Positions 53,125-64,000 of a stretch of DNA of 64,000 nt are shown one piece after another; position 1 is the first letter of the stretch; each line of letters opens with the position of its first letter. The position numbers were made by a program, and so were the translations under genes. The notes beneath the pieces are model-generated. The model was not told the DNA's origin and ran no database searches. It worked only from the letters and a program-made list of their open reading frames with translations. Source of the DNA: Octopus sinensis (lineage: Eukaryota); the NCBI RefSeq assembly GCF_006345805.1, contig NC_043012.1, positions 14,632,001-14,696,000 of the forward strand, written 5' to 3'.

Positions 53125-53183
53125 ATTCCACTGATGAAGGCAGAGCATTTCTTATGCAGAGCCAGAAATCCGGGATCTGGAAT
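53125..53183 (+). ncRNA. Minimal type I hammerhead ribozyme
   Basis: attcca-CTGATGA-a ggc..gcat/atgc..gcc a-GAAA-tccggga-TC-tggaat. Perfect 6-bp stem I, AUC site. Confidence 0.75.
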
Positions 53184-53986
53184 TATCCAGTAATTTTTTG
53201 CTAGTTTATTTTGTCTCTTTATCTTCTCTCCTGGTGCTGTATGAACATTTAATGTGGTTTTAGAGTCAAGTCAAGTTTTGGCTGCTATTTCCAGCGTGTG
53301 GTATCTCTTAGATACCCTAAATTATAATTTTAATAATTATTATTACCTTTGAAGGCTTTTATTCCCATACTGGCCACCTGATAAGATTGGTATTTAAATA
53401 TTGATCTTCTCCATATTTATATAAATTTATATATAAACATATCTCGAGATATGTAAATATATGTATATCAAGAGGGAGACTTTTCTTAGACTGGGAAAAA
53501 CTTTTCAAGCCGTTAGTCTAGTTTGTATGCATAATTGTAAGTATGTGCATATGTATATATAATATATGTATGTACATATGTATATATGTACACATGTATA
53601 TATTCATGTATGTGTGTATGTGCATGTGTGTGTCTGTCTGATTCTGTGTGTCTTCACACTGACATCACCAAGCAGTTGTGACATTTGTTTATACGCTACA
53701 TGAATAATACATCAGGCAACTCAGCACGATAATGTGTGTCTATACATAGGCCATGCAAAGACCAGTAGCATATGGCATCTTATCTTTTGTCTTCTGTTTG
53801 TTTCACTCATTAAACTGTGGCCATGCTGGGGCATCACTTTGATCGGTTTAATTGAACAAATCATTCCCAGTATTTATTTTTATTGTCAAAGCCAGGTACT
53901 TATTATAACAATCGTTTTTCTGCAAACCACTGAACAAAAGAACCATGGGAACAAAGACAAAGACAAACAAACACAAACAAATACAA

Positions 53987-54023
<37 letters not shown>

Positions 54024-54071
54024 ACAAACTGGAATGACTAAGTAAATTAACAATTATGCAGTAAACTTCAT

Positions 54072-54154
54072 TAGCTAACAGTTGTTTCTGCTATAAGGTG
54101 TATTGCACTCATAGCTGAGTGCTTGAGTATCATCTTATAGCTTCATCAGAGCTA
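54072..54154 (-). ncRNA. Minimal type I hammerhead ribozyme
   Basis: Minus strand: tagct-CTGATGA-a gctataag..gcactca/tgagtgc..cttatagc a-GAAA-caactg-TT-agcta. Confidence 0.75.
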
Positions 54155-55143
54155 TTTATTTAGGAAAACATTTACATTTATATCAGGTTATTAACACTAG
54201 GTTATTAGCATCACAATACCTAAGCAAAATATTATGCTTCTCAATCACATGGTTCCAGGTTCAGTCCCACTGTGTGGCACCTTGGGCAAGTGTCTTCTAC
54301 TATAGCCTCAGGCTGACCAGTCTTGTGAGTAGATTTGGTAGATGGAAACTGAAAGAAGCCCATCGTATATATATGCATATATTTATGTGTGTGTGTCTGT
54401 GTTTGTGTTTGTCTCCCATCACCATTTGATAACCGGTGTTGGTATGTTTACATCCCCATGACTTAGCAGTTCAGCAAAAGAGACAGAAAGAATAAGTACT
54501 AAGCTTTATATCAGGTTATTAACACTAGGTTATTAGCATCACAATCCCTAAACAAAATATTATGCTTCCCAACCCCATGGTTCCAGGTTCAGTCCCACTG
54601 TGTGGCACCTTAGGCAAATATATATATATATACATGACAGGCTTTTTTCAGTTTCTGTCTACCAAATCCACTCACAAGGCTTTGGTTGGCCCGAGGCTAC
54701 AATAGAAGACACATGCCCAAGGTGCCATGCAGTGGGACTGAACCCAGAACCATGTGGTTGGGAAGCAAGCTTCTTACCACACAGTCATGCCTGCACCTAT
54801 ATACTTGGTTTGGTAGTGTAGGATTATGAGATCTGAGGAAGTGTTTGTGAAACCTGTCTTGTCTGGGGTTGGTAAATGAATAAACATAGCTATATATACA
54901 AGATGAATAATGAATAATGAGTGTTTATTGAGCGAAAACACCTAAAGCTCCACGAGGCTCCGGCAGGGGATGGTGGCGATCCCTGCTGTACTCTTTCACC
55001 ACAACTTTCTCTCCCTCTTTCTTCTGTTGGCCTGCTCGCTTAGCCAGCGGGGTGGCGTCATTGTAGGCTAAAACAATACGAAATGTATTGTGACCAGCAA
55101 TGTGGAGCAACATCTGATAACCTGGTCAGTCACGGTGATCACG

Positions 55144-55177
<34 letters not shown>

Positions 55178-55572
55178 TAAATAAATGGAGTTTAACGCAG
55201 GTATAAATCAAATAAGTATTTTTTTATCAGCAATTTTATATTTTTTCTGAATTTCTTTTTTTAAGTAATTCCAAATAATAGTCTTTATCAAGTTTGTACA
55301 GATTTCCAGTTTTATCAGATTGAACCAAAATAGAAAAAATAGAAAATTGCTGATAAAAGAATACTTATTTGATTTATACCTGCATTAAACTCCATTTATT
55401 TATTCATATATTATACAAAAAATTCCACGTAAACATGAAGTTTCTACCTTTATAAACAAGGAGTTACAACCTCTTTACTTGTGAGATTTTTTGCTAACCT
55501 GGTAACTATTTATTTATTTTTTCCGTGTTAATTGTTAACAAGGCAAAAATAAACTCATCTATTTATACATAT

Positions 55573-55604
<32 letters not shown>

Positions 55605-56299
55605 ACCCCAAAAAAAGCAACAAAATGGATTAGTAGTTTAGTAGTTTGTACTAAACTACTAATCCATTCTTGTTGCTTTTTTCTTGGTTATAATCACCCC
55701 ACATTATTTTATGGTTAATACCATAAATGAATTCTGGTGCATCTAAGTTAAGTGCCGCATTCATGTGAATTCATTGGAATTCACTTGGATTTTAATTGTT
55801 TTTGCTGAATTTATATATATATATACAAAAGACTTTGTCTTCCTTCTACCAGATTCACTCACAAGGCTTTGGCTGGTCAAGGACTATAGCAGAAGACATT
55901 TGCCCAAGGTGCCATGCAGTGAGATTGAACCTGAAATTATGTGGTGAAAAGGTAAGGGTTAAGGACAGAAAGATCATCTGGTTATTGAGCACTGCCTCAA
56001 AAAGTTACTTCTAACCCACACCAACAAGGAAAAGCAGTGGTAAAAATGATAATGATGGTGTGAATTTAATTATTAATTGCAGCAGGATTCAAACATTTAC
56101 AGGAACTGTGCCAAATAATATACCTGTGTCGTTTGATTTGTACCTTGCCAATTTAGTTCTTATTGTGGGACTTGTTCACCTTGGTCAAGGTTAGTTATAA
56201 TGTGCAAGAACTTGGTTTGGTAGTGTAGGATTATGAGATCTGAGGAGGAGTTTGTGAAACCTGTCTTGACTGTGGTTGGTAAATGAATAATGAACATAG

Positions 56300-56829
56300 C
56301 TATTATCATCATCAACATCAACATCATCACCATCCCCACCATCATCACCATCATCACCATCATCATCAATCATCATCATCATCACCACACCACCATTGCC
56401 GTAATCACTACCATCGTCAACGCCACTACCGCTGCCATTATCACTACAACCATCAACATCACCATCATCAACACTAACTTCGCCACCATCACCATCACCA
56501 CCACTATTGACACCATGATCATTGTGCCAACAAGAAAACCCTCTATGTGGTCACTTGATCTGCTAAAGATAGCAGCTATATCTGTGCATTAACTTGAAAA
56601 AGGAAGGACGTGTTGAACAATATTGTTCTGGATATGCAAAACGATGGGGGTGGTCACAACTGGAATTTGTTTGATAACAAACTTGTTTAATCAGACCTGA
56701 ATTGGGATTAAACATCAGCAACTATCATGATCATCATCATTGCCATTTTTGTCATCATCATCATCATTATCATCATCATTATCATCATCATCATCGTCGT
56801 CGTCGTCATCGTCACCGTCATTGTCGCCG

Positions 56830-56872
<43 letters not shown>

Positions 56873-57015
56873 TATCATCATCATCATCATCATCGTCATC
56901 ATCATCGTCGTCGTCATCATCATCATCATCATCACCATCCTTACCATCATCATCATTGTCATCATCATCATCACCAGCATCATCACCATCGGTGCAACAG
57001 CGACTACAACCACCA
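56300..57015. repeat. (CAT/CAC/CGT)n trinucleotide tracts (56300-56520 and 56720-57015)
   Basis: Seen directly. Source of the poly-H/I/S/M pseudo-ORFs. Confidence 0.92.
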
Positions 57016-58484
57016 CCAGGAGCCTCAAAGTGGTTGTCTGACCTGCTAAAAACAGCAGGTAGGGCTTCGTTAAATCATGCTCTGACATCTTAGAAATGAA
57101 TTTGTTTGATTAATGCAGTTCTTAATTGCCTGCAAATGAGAAAAAGACAGGATGGTCACAGCTGGAATACCTTTAATCATAAGTCTTCTCCATGAGGTTT
57201 GACAAAAGATTAACCGCAGCCATTACCACCATGACCATCTCTCAAGTCATTCTAGGCCTTATGAGAGTAGGTCAAATAAGAGGAACTTCTATAGAGTCAT
57301 TCCAACTGCTAGAAATAACAGCCAAGTCATCCTCAAATCTCATTCTATTGTCATATAAAAAAAGGACACATTAAATAATAGAGACTTGGGTTTCCTACAC
57401 ACACAAGGAAAATACAGAATGGTCATGACTGGAAAGCCTCTAAACTAGGTCTACTCGATAAGGGTTTCCTTGGAACAAAAGAACAACAAAGAAGGAGGAG
57501 GAGGAGAAGAAGAAGAAGAAGAATTTCCACTCTAGGCACTAGGCCTGAAATTTTGGGAGGGGGATTAGTCAAGCGCAGTTCTCAACTGGTACTTAATTTA
57601 TCGATCCTGAAAGAATGAAACGTAAAGTTGACCTCAGCAGCATTTGAACTCAGAACATAAAGACAGACGAAATACTGTTAAACATTATGTCTAGCACGCT
57701 GGCTGCTCACCTCCTTAATAATAATAATAATAATAATGATGATGATGATGATGATAATAATTCAGCCACCTGCCTCTATACTACAACTACTATCACCACA
57801 CCTCTAAACTCCAACTGAGTTCGTGTTCCAAGTTGTCTCTAATTATCTTGGATTAAATAAACATATTATGACAGCAATCTGGGAAGATATAAAAAAAAAA
57901 TCCTTAAAGTAAATATTATTTTCTTCTTTTCTGTCTGTGAATCAATTAAGTTGTGGACCCCCAACTGGCACAGATTTATTACTTAAACAGCTGATGTCAG
58001 ATTTTATAGTAATGGGGGAAAGCGAGGTTAAGAGTAATAGTGACATAGTTTAAGACAATTCATTCAAAGCAGTGGTAGGCATGGGTATGTGGTTAAGGAG
58101 TTGGTTTTGCACTTTACATGGTCACAGGTTCAATTTCACAGCTGGTCGCTTACAATGGCTTCTGTTATAGTCTCCGGCTGTGGATAGATAGATATTTTGT
58201 TATTCTTTTACTTGTTGCAGTCATTTGATTGTGGCCATGCTGGAGCACCACCTTAATGGGAGTTCTTTTAGCTGAAGAAATCAACCCCAGGGCTTATTCT
58301 TTGTAAACCTAGTACTTATTCTATCGGTCTCTTTGACCAAACTGCTAAGTTACAGACATAAAGACGCCAACATCAGTTCTCAAGTGATGGTGAAGGTACA
58401 AACACACACACACAAACACACACACACAGACACACACACACACACAAACACACAAACACACACACACATACATATATATATATA

Positions 58485-59080
58485 CAGGGGTTGGACAAAA
58501 TAATGGAATCCCCTTAAAATTTCAAACAAATTTATTTTAATATGAAGTAATTACAGTTTGAATTCTACGAAGTGTGGACTCGTACAAACTTTGAATTGTT
58601 TCCAAAGGAAGTTTTATCCATTCCTCAGCTGAAACTGTCTCCACTTCTTGTATAAATGATGGTAGGGGATATCAACTCCTTACTTGTTTTTCTAAAATGC
58701 ACTGTAAATGTTCAATAGAGATCTGGGGACTGTTGTGGCCAGATAAGATGCTCAACTCCACTAGAATGTTCCTCATGCCATTCAGTAACAACTTTAGATG
58801 TGTGAATTGGTGCATTATCATCCTGAAAGATTGTGATTCCCTCCGGAAACAGTTCTGCAACCATAGGATGAGTTTGATCAGATGAAATGCTTAAATAGTC
58901 TTGACTATTAATTCTGCCACAAAAGGAAACCGTTGGGTCAGCTGATTTCCAAGATATAGCCCCTACCCCAGATCATCACAGATCTTCCTCCATGTTTAAC
59001 AATTGGAAGAAGGTAGTCTGGGTCAAATGCTTCTTTTGGCTGTCTCCACATGTATACTCAGCCGGTGGTTGGAAATAAGG
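58485..59080 (-). mobile_element. Tc1-like transposon 3' fragment
   Basis: TA-caggggttggacaaaataatgg TIR-like end. Degenerate QDDNAP and WPQQSPDL..IEHL..ILEKQV motifs. Confidence 0.75.
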
Positions 59081-59921
59081 TTGGAAAAACAACTTTAACA
59101 AGTTATAGCATGAGATATTCTTCAATGAATATACTTATTCCATAGAATATGAAGAAAAGTATTCTAAATAAGCGTTATTGTTCAACAATATTCAAACTGT
59201 TACTAATGTACACCATGAAAGTCAATCTGAACATTATTTGCACAATTTGTGAAGGCATTCTTTTATTTGTTTCAGTCATTTGACTGTGGCCATGCTGGAG
59301 CACCACCTTTAGTCGAGCAAATCGACCCCAGGACTTATTCTTTGCAAGCCTAGTACTTATTCTATCGGTCTCTTTTTCCAAACTGCTAAGTTACAGGAAC
59401 GTAAACACACCAACATCGGTTGTCAAGCGATGGTGGGGTGACAAACACAGACAGACAAACACACACATATATATTTATATATACAATGGGTTTCTTTCAG
59501 TTTCCATCTACCAAATCCACTCACAAGGCTTTGGTTGGCCTGAGGCTGTAGTAGAAGACACTTGCCCAAGGTGCCACGCAGTGAGACTGAACCCTGAACC
59601 ATGTGACACATATATATTTATATATACAATGGGTTTCTTTCAGTTTCCATCTACCAAATCCACTCACAAGGCTTTGGTTGGCCCGAGGCTGTAGTAGGAG
59701 ACACTTGCCCAAGGTGCCACGCAGTGAGACTGAACCCTGAACCATGTGATTGGTAAACAAGCTACTTACCACACAGCCACTCCTGCACCTGTGCAGGATT
59801 TAGACTTATTTTTATCCAGCAACTTCTTGACAGGTTTGAACTAGTAACAGATAAAAGATAAGACATACAACAAAGATATGAAGAGTAAATAAGTTATAAT
59901 TTTGGTTTAAAATATCCTTAC

Positions 59922-59992
59922 CATGGAAGGACAATTTGACTGGACTTTACTTGGGATCTCTCTGTTACCACAGAATCTGGTGTGTCGAAACG
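59922..59992 (-). CDS. CCDC81: CCDC81 exon (phase 0 to 2)
   Basis: ccttcag / GTAAG. RFDTPDSVVTERSQVKSSQIVLP corresponds to the R..T.DSV...P segment after the HU domains. Confidence 0.87.
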
Positions 59993-60412
59993 CTGAAGGA
60001 AAGAAAAAAATCAAAATCGATCTAGCATCGTGATTTAGCAGGTATTAGTTACATCAAGCTTTAGAAGTATATGCAATACTAGAGAATATTAATGTTACAT
60101 CTGTCAGGCATGCAGTGACCGACAACAGAATGTTATAGTCTCGAGTCTACTGTGTATCAGATAATTTTTATAACAAATCATACCCTGCCTATTAAGGAGG
60201 CAAAACGTCAACAATGTGTTGAAGTATTGAATCAAAAGGATCTAACCCTTTTATTTAACACTTTTAATCCAATCTCTTGTCACCACATAAACTCAATTTT
60301 TTAGTGGGGAGATAACCCAGTTTTTTAACTGCAATTTTTTAATGGGGGTGAGATAGGCAAAAGGTACCTATGTATGTATGTATGTATGTATGTATGTATG
60401 TATGTATGTATG

Positions 60413-60443
<31 letters not shown>

Positions 60444-60491
60444 GTCTGTATGTCTGCATGTATATGTACTGATAACACACACACAAATATA

Positions 60492-61461
60492 TTGGGTCAT
60501 CCCATAAATAATGCAGTTTTTTCAATTGTATGAACTACTTGTCTGAGGGGGATGGGGTAAACTACCAGCATCAACTTGCATTAAAAGCAGGTAATAATTT
60601 TACCTGTTGGAACAAAATCCCATTGTAACTGTTGAGAAACTAGCAGAGAAGCTTGGATTTGGTCATTCAACCATTCCTCAACACCTGCGTGCCATCGGAA
60701 AAGTCAGCAAATTGGATCAATGGGTTCCTCGCAAATTTTCTGAGTCTAATCACTCGCAGAGAGTGAATATGTGCTCTTTGCTGTCACATCTCACAAATGA
60801 ACCTTTTTTGGACCAAATAGTGACAGTAATTAGAAATGGGTTCTCTATAAAAATGCCAAGCACTGAAAACAGTGGGTAGGGGAGGAGAAACACTGGCACC
60901 CCAGGCTAAAGAAGGTCTTTACCAACATAAAGAGTTGTTATCTGTTTGGTGGGGTATGAAAGGTTTAGTCCACTTTGAACTTTTAAACCTAAACCAAATG
61001 ACAACAAAGGAGATCTACCATGAGCAGCTTGAGTGGCTTAAGTCAGCGCTAGAAGAAAAATGACCATCTTTGGTTTCAAGACAAAAATTGTTCTTCCATC
61101 TGGATGATGCTCAGCCACACACAGCGAAGATTTGAGCAGTTTGAATGGGAAACGATGCTCAACTCACCATATTCACTGGGCATTGCCCCATCTGATTATC
61201 ATTTATTCCGCAGTCTTCAAAATCATTTGGATGGAAAAAATATGAATTCTGTAGATAAGGTCAGAACAGTACTGGAGGAGTATTTTTCGTCACAGACAAG
61301 AGAATTTTGGAAGAGGGCCCTTGCAATTCTAGCAGAGAGATGGAAGAGCATTGTAGAAAGTGAAGGAGAGAATATTTTAGATTAAAAAGGAATTTTGTTT
61401 TTCTTAATTTTGAAAAATAAAAGAAGTATAAAAAAACCACATTATTTTTTGGATGACCCAG
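60492..61461 (+). mobile_element. Internally deleted mariner element with both TIRs
   Basis: TA-ttgggtcatcccataaataatg ... cattattttttggatgacccag-TA. WVPRKF, SVWWGMKG and SPYSLGIAPSDYHLFRSL motifs. Confidence 0.9.
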
Positions 61462-61609
61462 TATATGCACATACACACCCATCACACACACAGACACATG
61501 TACACACATACACACACGTGTGCACACACACACACACATATACATATACATATATGGATATCATGCTGTATGTGTAAGTGTGTGAATGTGTGTGTATGTA
61601 TTAACTTAC

Positions 61610-61866
61610 CTGTTGCATTGCCTGAACAAGTGAACCAGATTTATCAAAGAGTTCAATGAATTGTTTGTAGAATTTCATTTTACACTTCTTTCTTCTCACA
61701 GACAAACGACCAATTTTGTTGAAAATAAGATCGACATTTTTCTCATTATTTATTGCTCGATAAAATGCAGACAGTAATTCTTTAACACAATTTTCAGCAA
61801 CATCTCTGGAGAAATTAGTCTCAAATGCAATAGTGGCATAATTCATGTTCACAATATGTATGTTAC
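61610..61866 (-). CDS. CCDC81: CCDC81 exon (phase 1 to 0), second HU-like domain. Most 5' exon found.
   Basis: gttgtag / GTAAGT. GNIHIVNMNYATIAFETNFSRDVAENCVKE...KIGRL...KMKFYKQFIELFDKSGSL matches CCDC81. Confidence 0.93.
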
Positions 61867-62097
61867 CTACAACAGAACAGTTGAAGAAAATCAGGTTTTG
61901 GAAAGAGGGAATAAATCTAGTGCAATAATAACAAGTAGGAAGAAGTAAGATCTTGGATTTTGACTGAAGATATGCCAAATCAATTACACCATTTACATTA
62001 TTTACATTTGACGGATATGTGTGTTCTTGTTTGTTAACCCAACATTTCAGCCGTCATCAGGTGTCTGGGTTCTCATTCCTAAGGTATTTTTCAATTG

Positions 62098-62183
<86 letters not shown>

Positions 62184-62235
62184 ACATCGAAAAATACCTT
62201 AGGAATGAGAACCCAGGTTCGAAATTTCCCCAAGA

Positions 62236-62297
<62 letters not shown>

Positions 62298-63349
62298 TGT
62301 GCATATGTGTGAGAAAGAGAAAGAGAGTGAAAAAGAGAGATAGAGTGAGTGAGTGAAGGTGTGTGTCATGATGATTGATGTCTTTTAAGGTACACACATA
62401 TATAGAAAACGTGACGTCATCGTATAACTTGTTTACAATAGTTGATTTATGGGAAAGATTATAATGTTAAATTTTTGAAATGCAAACATGTGAATGGAAA
62501 TTAAGTTTAATTCGTAGCCAAAATAGTCCTGAATATTTTGATACCCCATACGTCAAAATCTGGAACTCGGTTTTGGAATGCATAAGGAATATACATATAT
62601 AGGACAGGCGTCTTTCAAACTGAAAGTATTATCTCACATTGCAATAGAGACGTAATACTGACATAGTGTAAGAGATAAGAGATTGCTCTGGGCTCGCATT
62701 AGGCAAGAAGTTGGAAATTTTTTTTGGCCCATGACACTGCATGGACCTTGCCTTTTGTATTTGACAACTATTACTTTAAGTATTTTATTTCGATTTTATG
62801 TATATATGTATGTATGAGCCAATGAGGGAAACCTCTACATGGTAGCTAGACCTGGTAGAAATAGTGGCCAAGTCTCCCTCAAAACACCCTACTATCTTAA
62901 TCTGACAACTCTGCCTATTATGTAGTTTGAATGAGAAACTGTAACTAAAGATTAAGATTATTAACCCCAAAATTTTACACGTTTTAATAGCAATCAATTT
63001 TTTTCTCTTTTTTGCATAGCTTTTCCTGTCAGCTATAAAAGTGAAGAGGGTTAACTTGGACAGTGTTAAGTAGCGGAGATGTTTGGTGATTCTATGTGGT
63101 GGTTACTTTTGACTGTTTCTTCTCAATATGGATAATTAATTGATAACAAATCTTAACACAATATATATACAACTTCAAGTGGAATTGGACATCATAAGAG
63201 AGACAGCATAGCGACGGTTTTGGCTGACTGTCATCCTGTACTCCCCTTGTTGCTAATGAAATGGTATATGCCGGTTGTCTGAGCAACTGGTTGATTTTAA
63301 TGGCGGAACAAACAGGATAAAAAGATTACAAAAATAGCAATTCTCACCT

Positions 63350-63502
63350 TGAAATTAACTATTTTGAAAATCTTTTTAGGTTACGGAATGCCCCACTCTG
63401 TCATGTATCTATGTTTAAAATTCCAACACGATTGGCTTAACAATACTCGAGTTATAAGTGCACAAACAGACAGACAGATAGAATAGATTTTATATATTAA
63501 GA
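63350..63502 (-). mobile_element. 5' end of a Helitron-like element
   Basis: Minus strand A|TCTTAATATATAAAA..(tctg)n start. A similar start occurs at 45627(+). 3' ends were not located. Confidence 0.45.
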
Positions 63503-64000
63503 TAAAGAAAGTAGTAGATCTGCTAACGTTTTTGATAGCAACCCACTTGAGATTGCACCTAGTTATATAATAGAAACATTTTGTTTTAAAGTGATTGACA
63601 AGAGGGTGGGGCTGAAAAGTTCCTGGCTTTGGGTAAAAGAAAATACAGGTGGATTAGTTAATTACGATTTTAATTAGCATATTCCCTCTCAGATTCAAAT
63701 ACTTATTGCAGTGGTTCTTCAGTTTTTCAGTTCCCATAAATTAAAACCTTCTATCTAAATTTCATGTTACTTTGTGTTTCAAACACCACCTTTAATAATG
63801 GCAAAGTTACTTTGATATATTTTTCATTATTTTTCAAATTAACTCGCATAAAAGCAGCATATTTCAACAGAAATATAATAAAGGCGGCAAGTTGGCAGAA
63901 ACGTTAGCACACTGGGCGAAATGCTTTCGTCTGCTGCTATGTTCTGAGTTCAAATTCCGCCGAGGTCGACTTTGCCTTTCATCCTTTCAGGGTCTATTAA

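Noticed and set aside
53347-53377. 31-nt CCDC81 micro-exon (cag / GTAAT)
   Set aside because: In the required phase it contains a stop and breaks the frame between the flanking exons
56124-56275. Possible CCDC81 exon (part duplicated at ~54804-54892)
   Set aside because: Stops in all usable frames. It is a short local duplication only.
63092-63286. Upstream CCDC81 exon
   Set aside because: No similarity to the first HU domain in the frames read. The 5' exons probably lie beyond the window.

Overview
Eukaryotic, AT-rich, microsatellite-dense genomic DNA. The SINE families and repeat landscape point to an octopus or other coleoid cephalopod (inference). Two convergent spliced genes are present. 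(1) On + (1262-15616) are the last five exons of a cadherin-repeat gene. They splice in frame, give about 4.5 EC repeats, and end in ...KKAPQKKFCCRVPC-stop followed by AATAAA, with no transmembrane or cytoplasmic domain visible. (2) On - (61866 down to 32703) are ten phase-compatible exons of CCDC81, whose 5' exons are not found in the window. Between the genes lie a 3.8-kb array of a 44-bp satellite, a decayed hAT transposon, a maT/Tc1-mariner fossil and a recent ~825-bp tandem duplication. The introns hold many tRNA-derived SINEs, mariner/Tc1 fossils and MITEs, non-autonomous Helitrons, R4/Dong and RTE LINE fragments, and a Penelope-like remnant. At least four minimal type I hammerhead ribozyme motifs of different sequence families, plus one collapsed copy, occur alongside several long fold-back repeats that look like inverted Penelope ends. 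Most ORFs in the supplied track are microsatellite or SINE artefacts. All calls come from reading the sequence by eye, and no searches were run.
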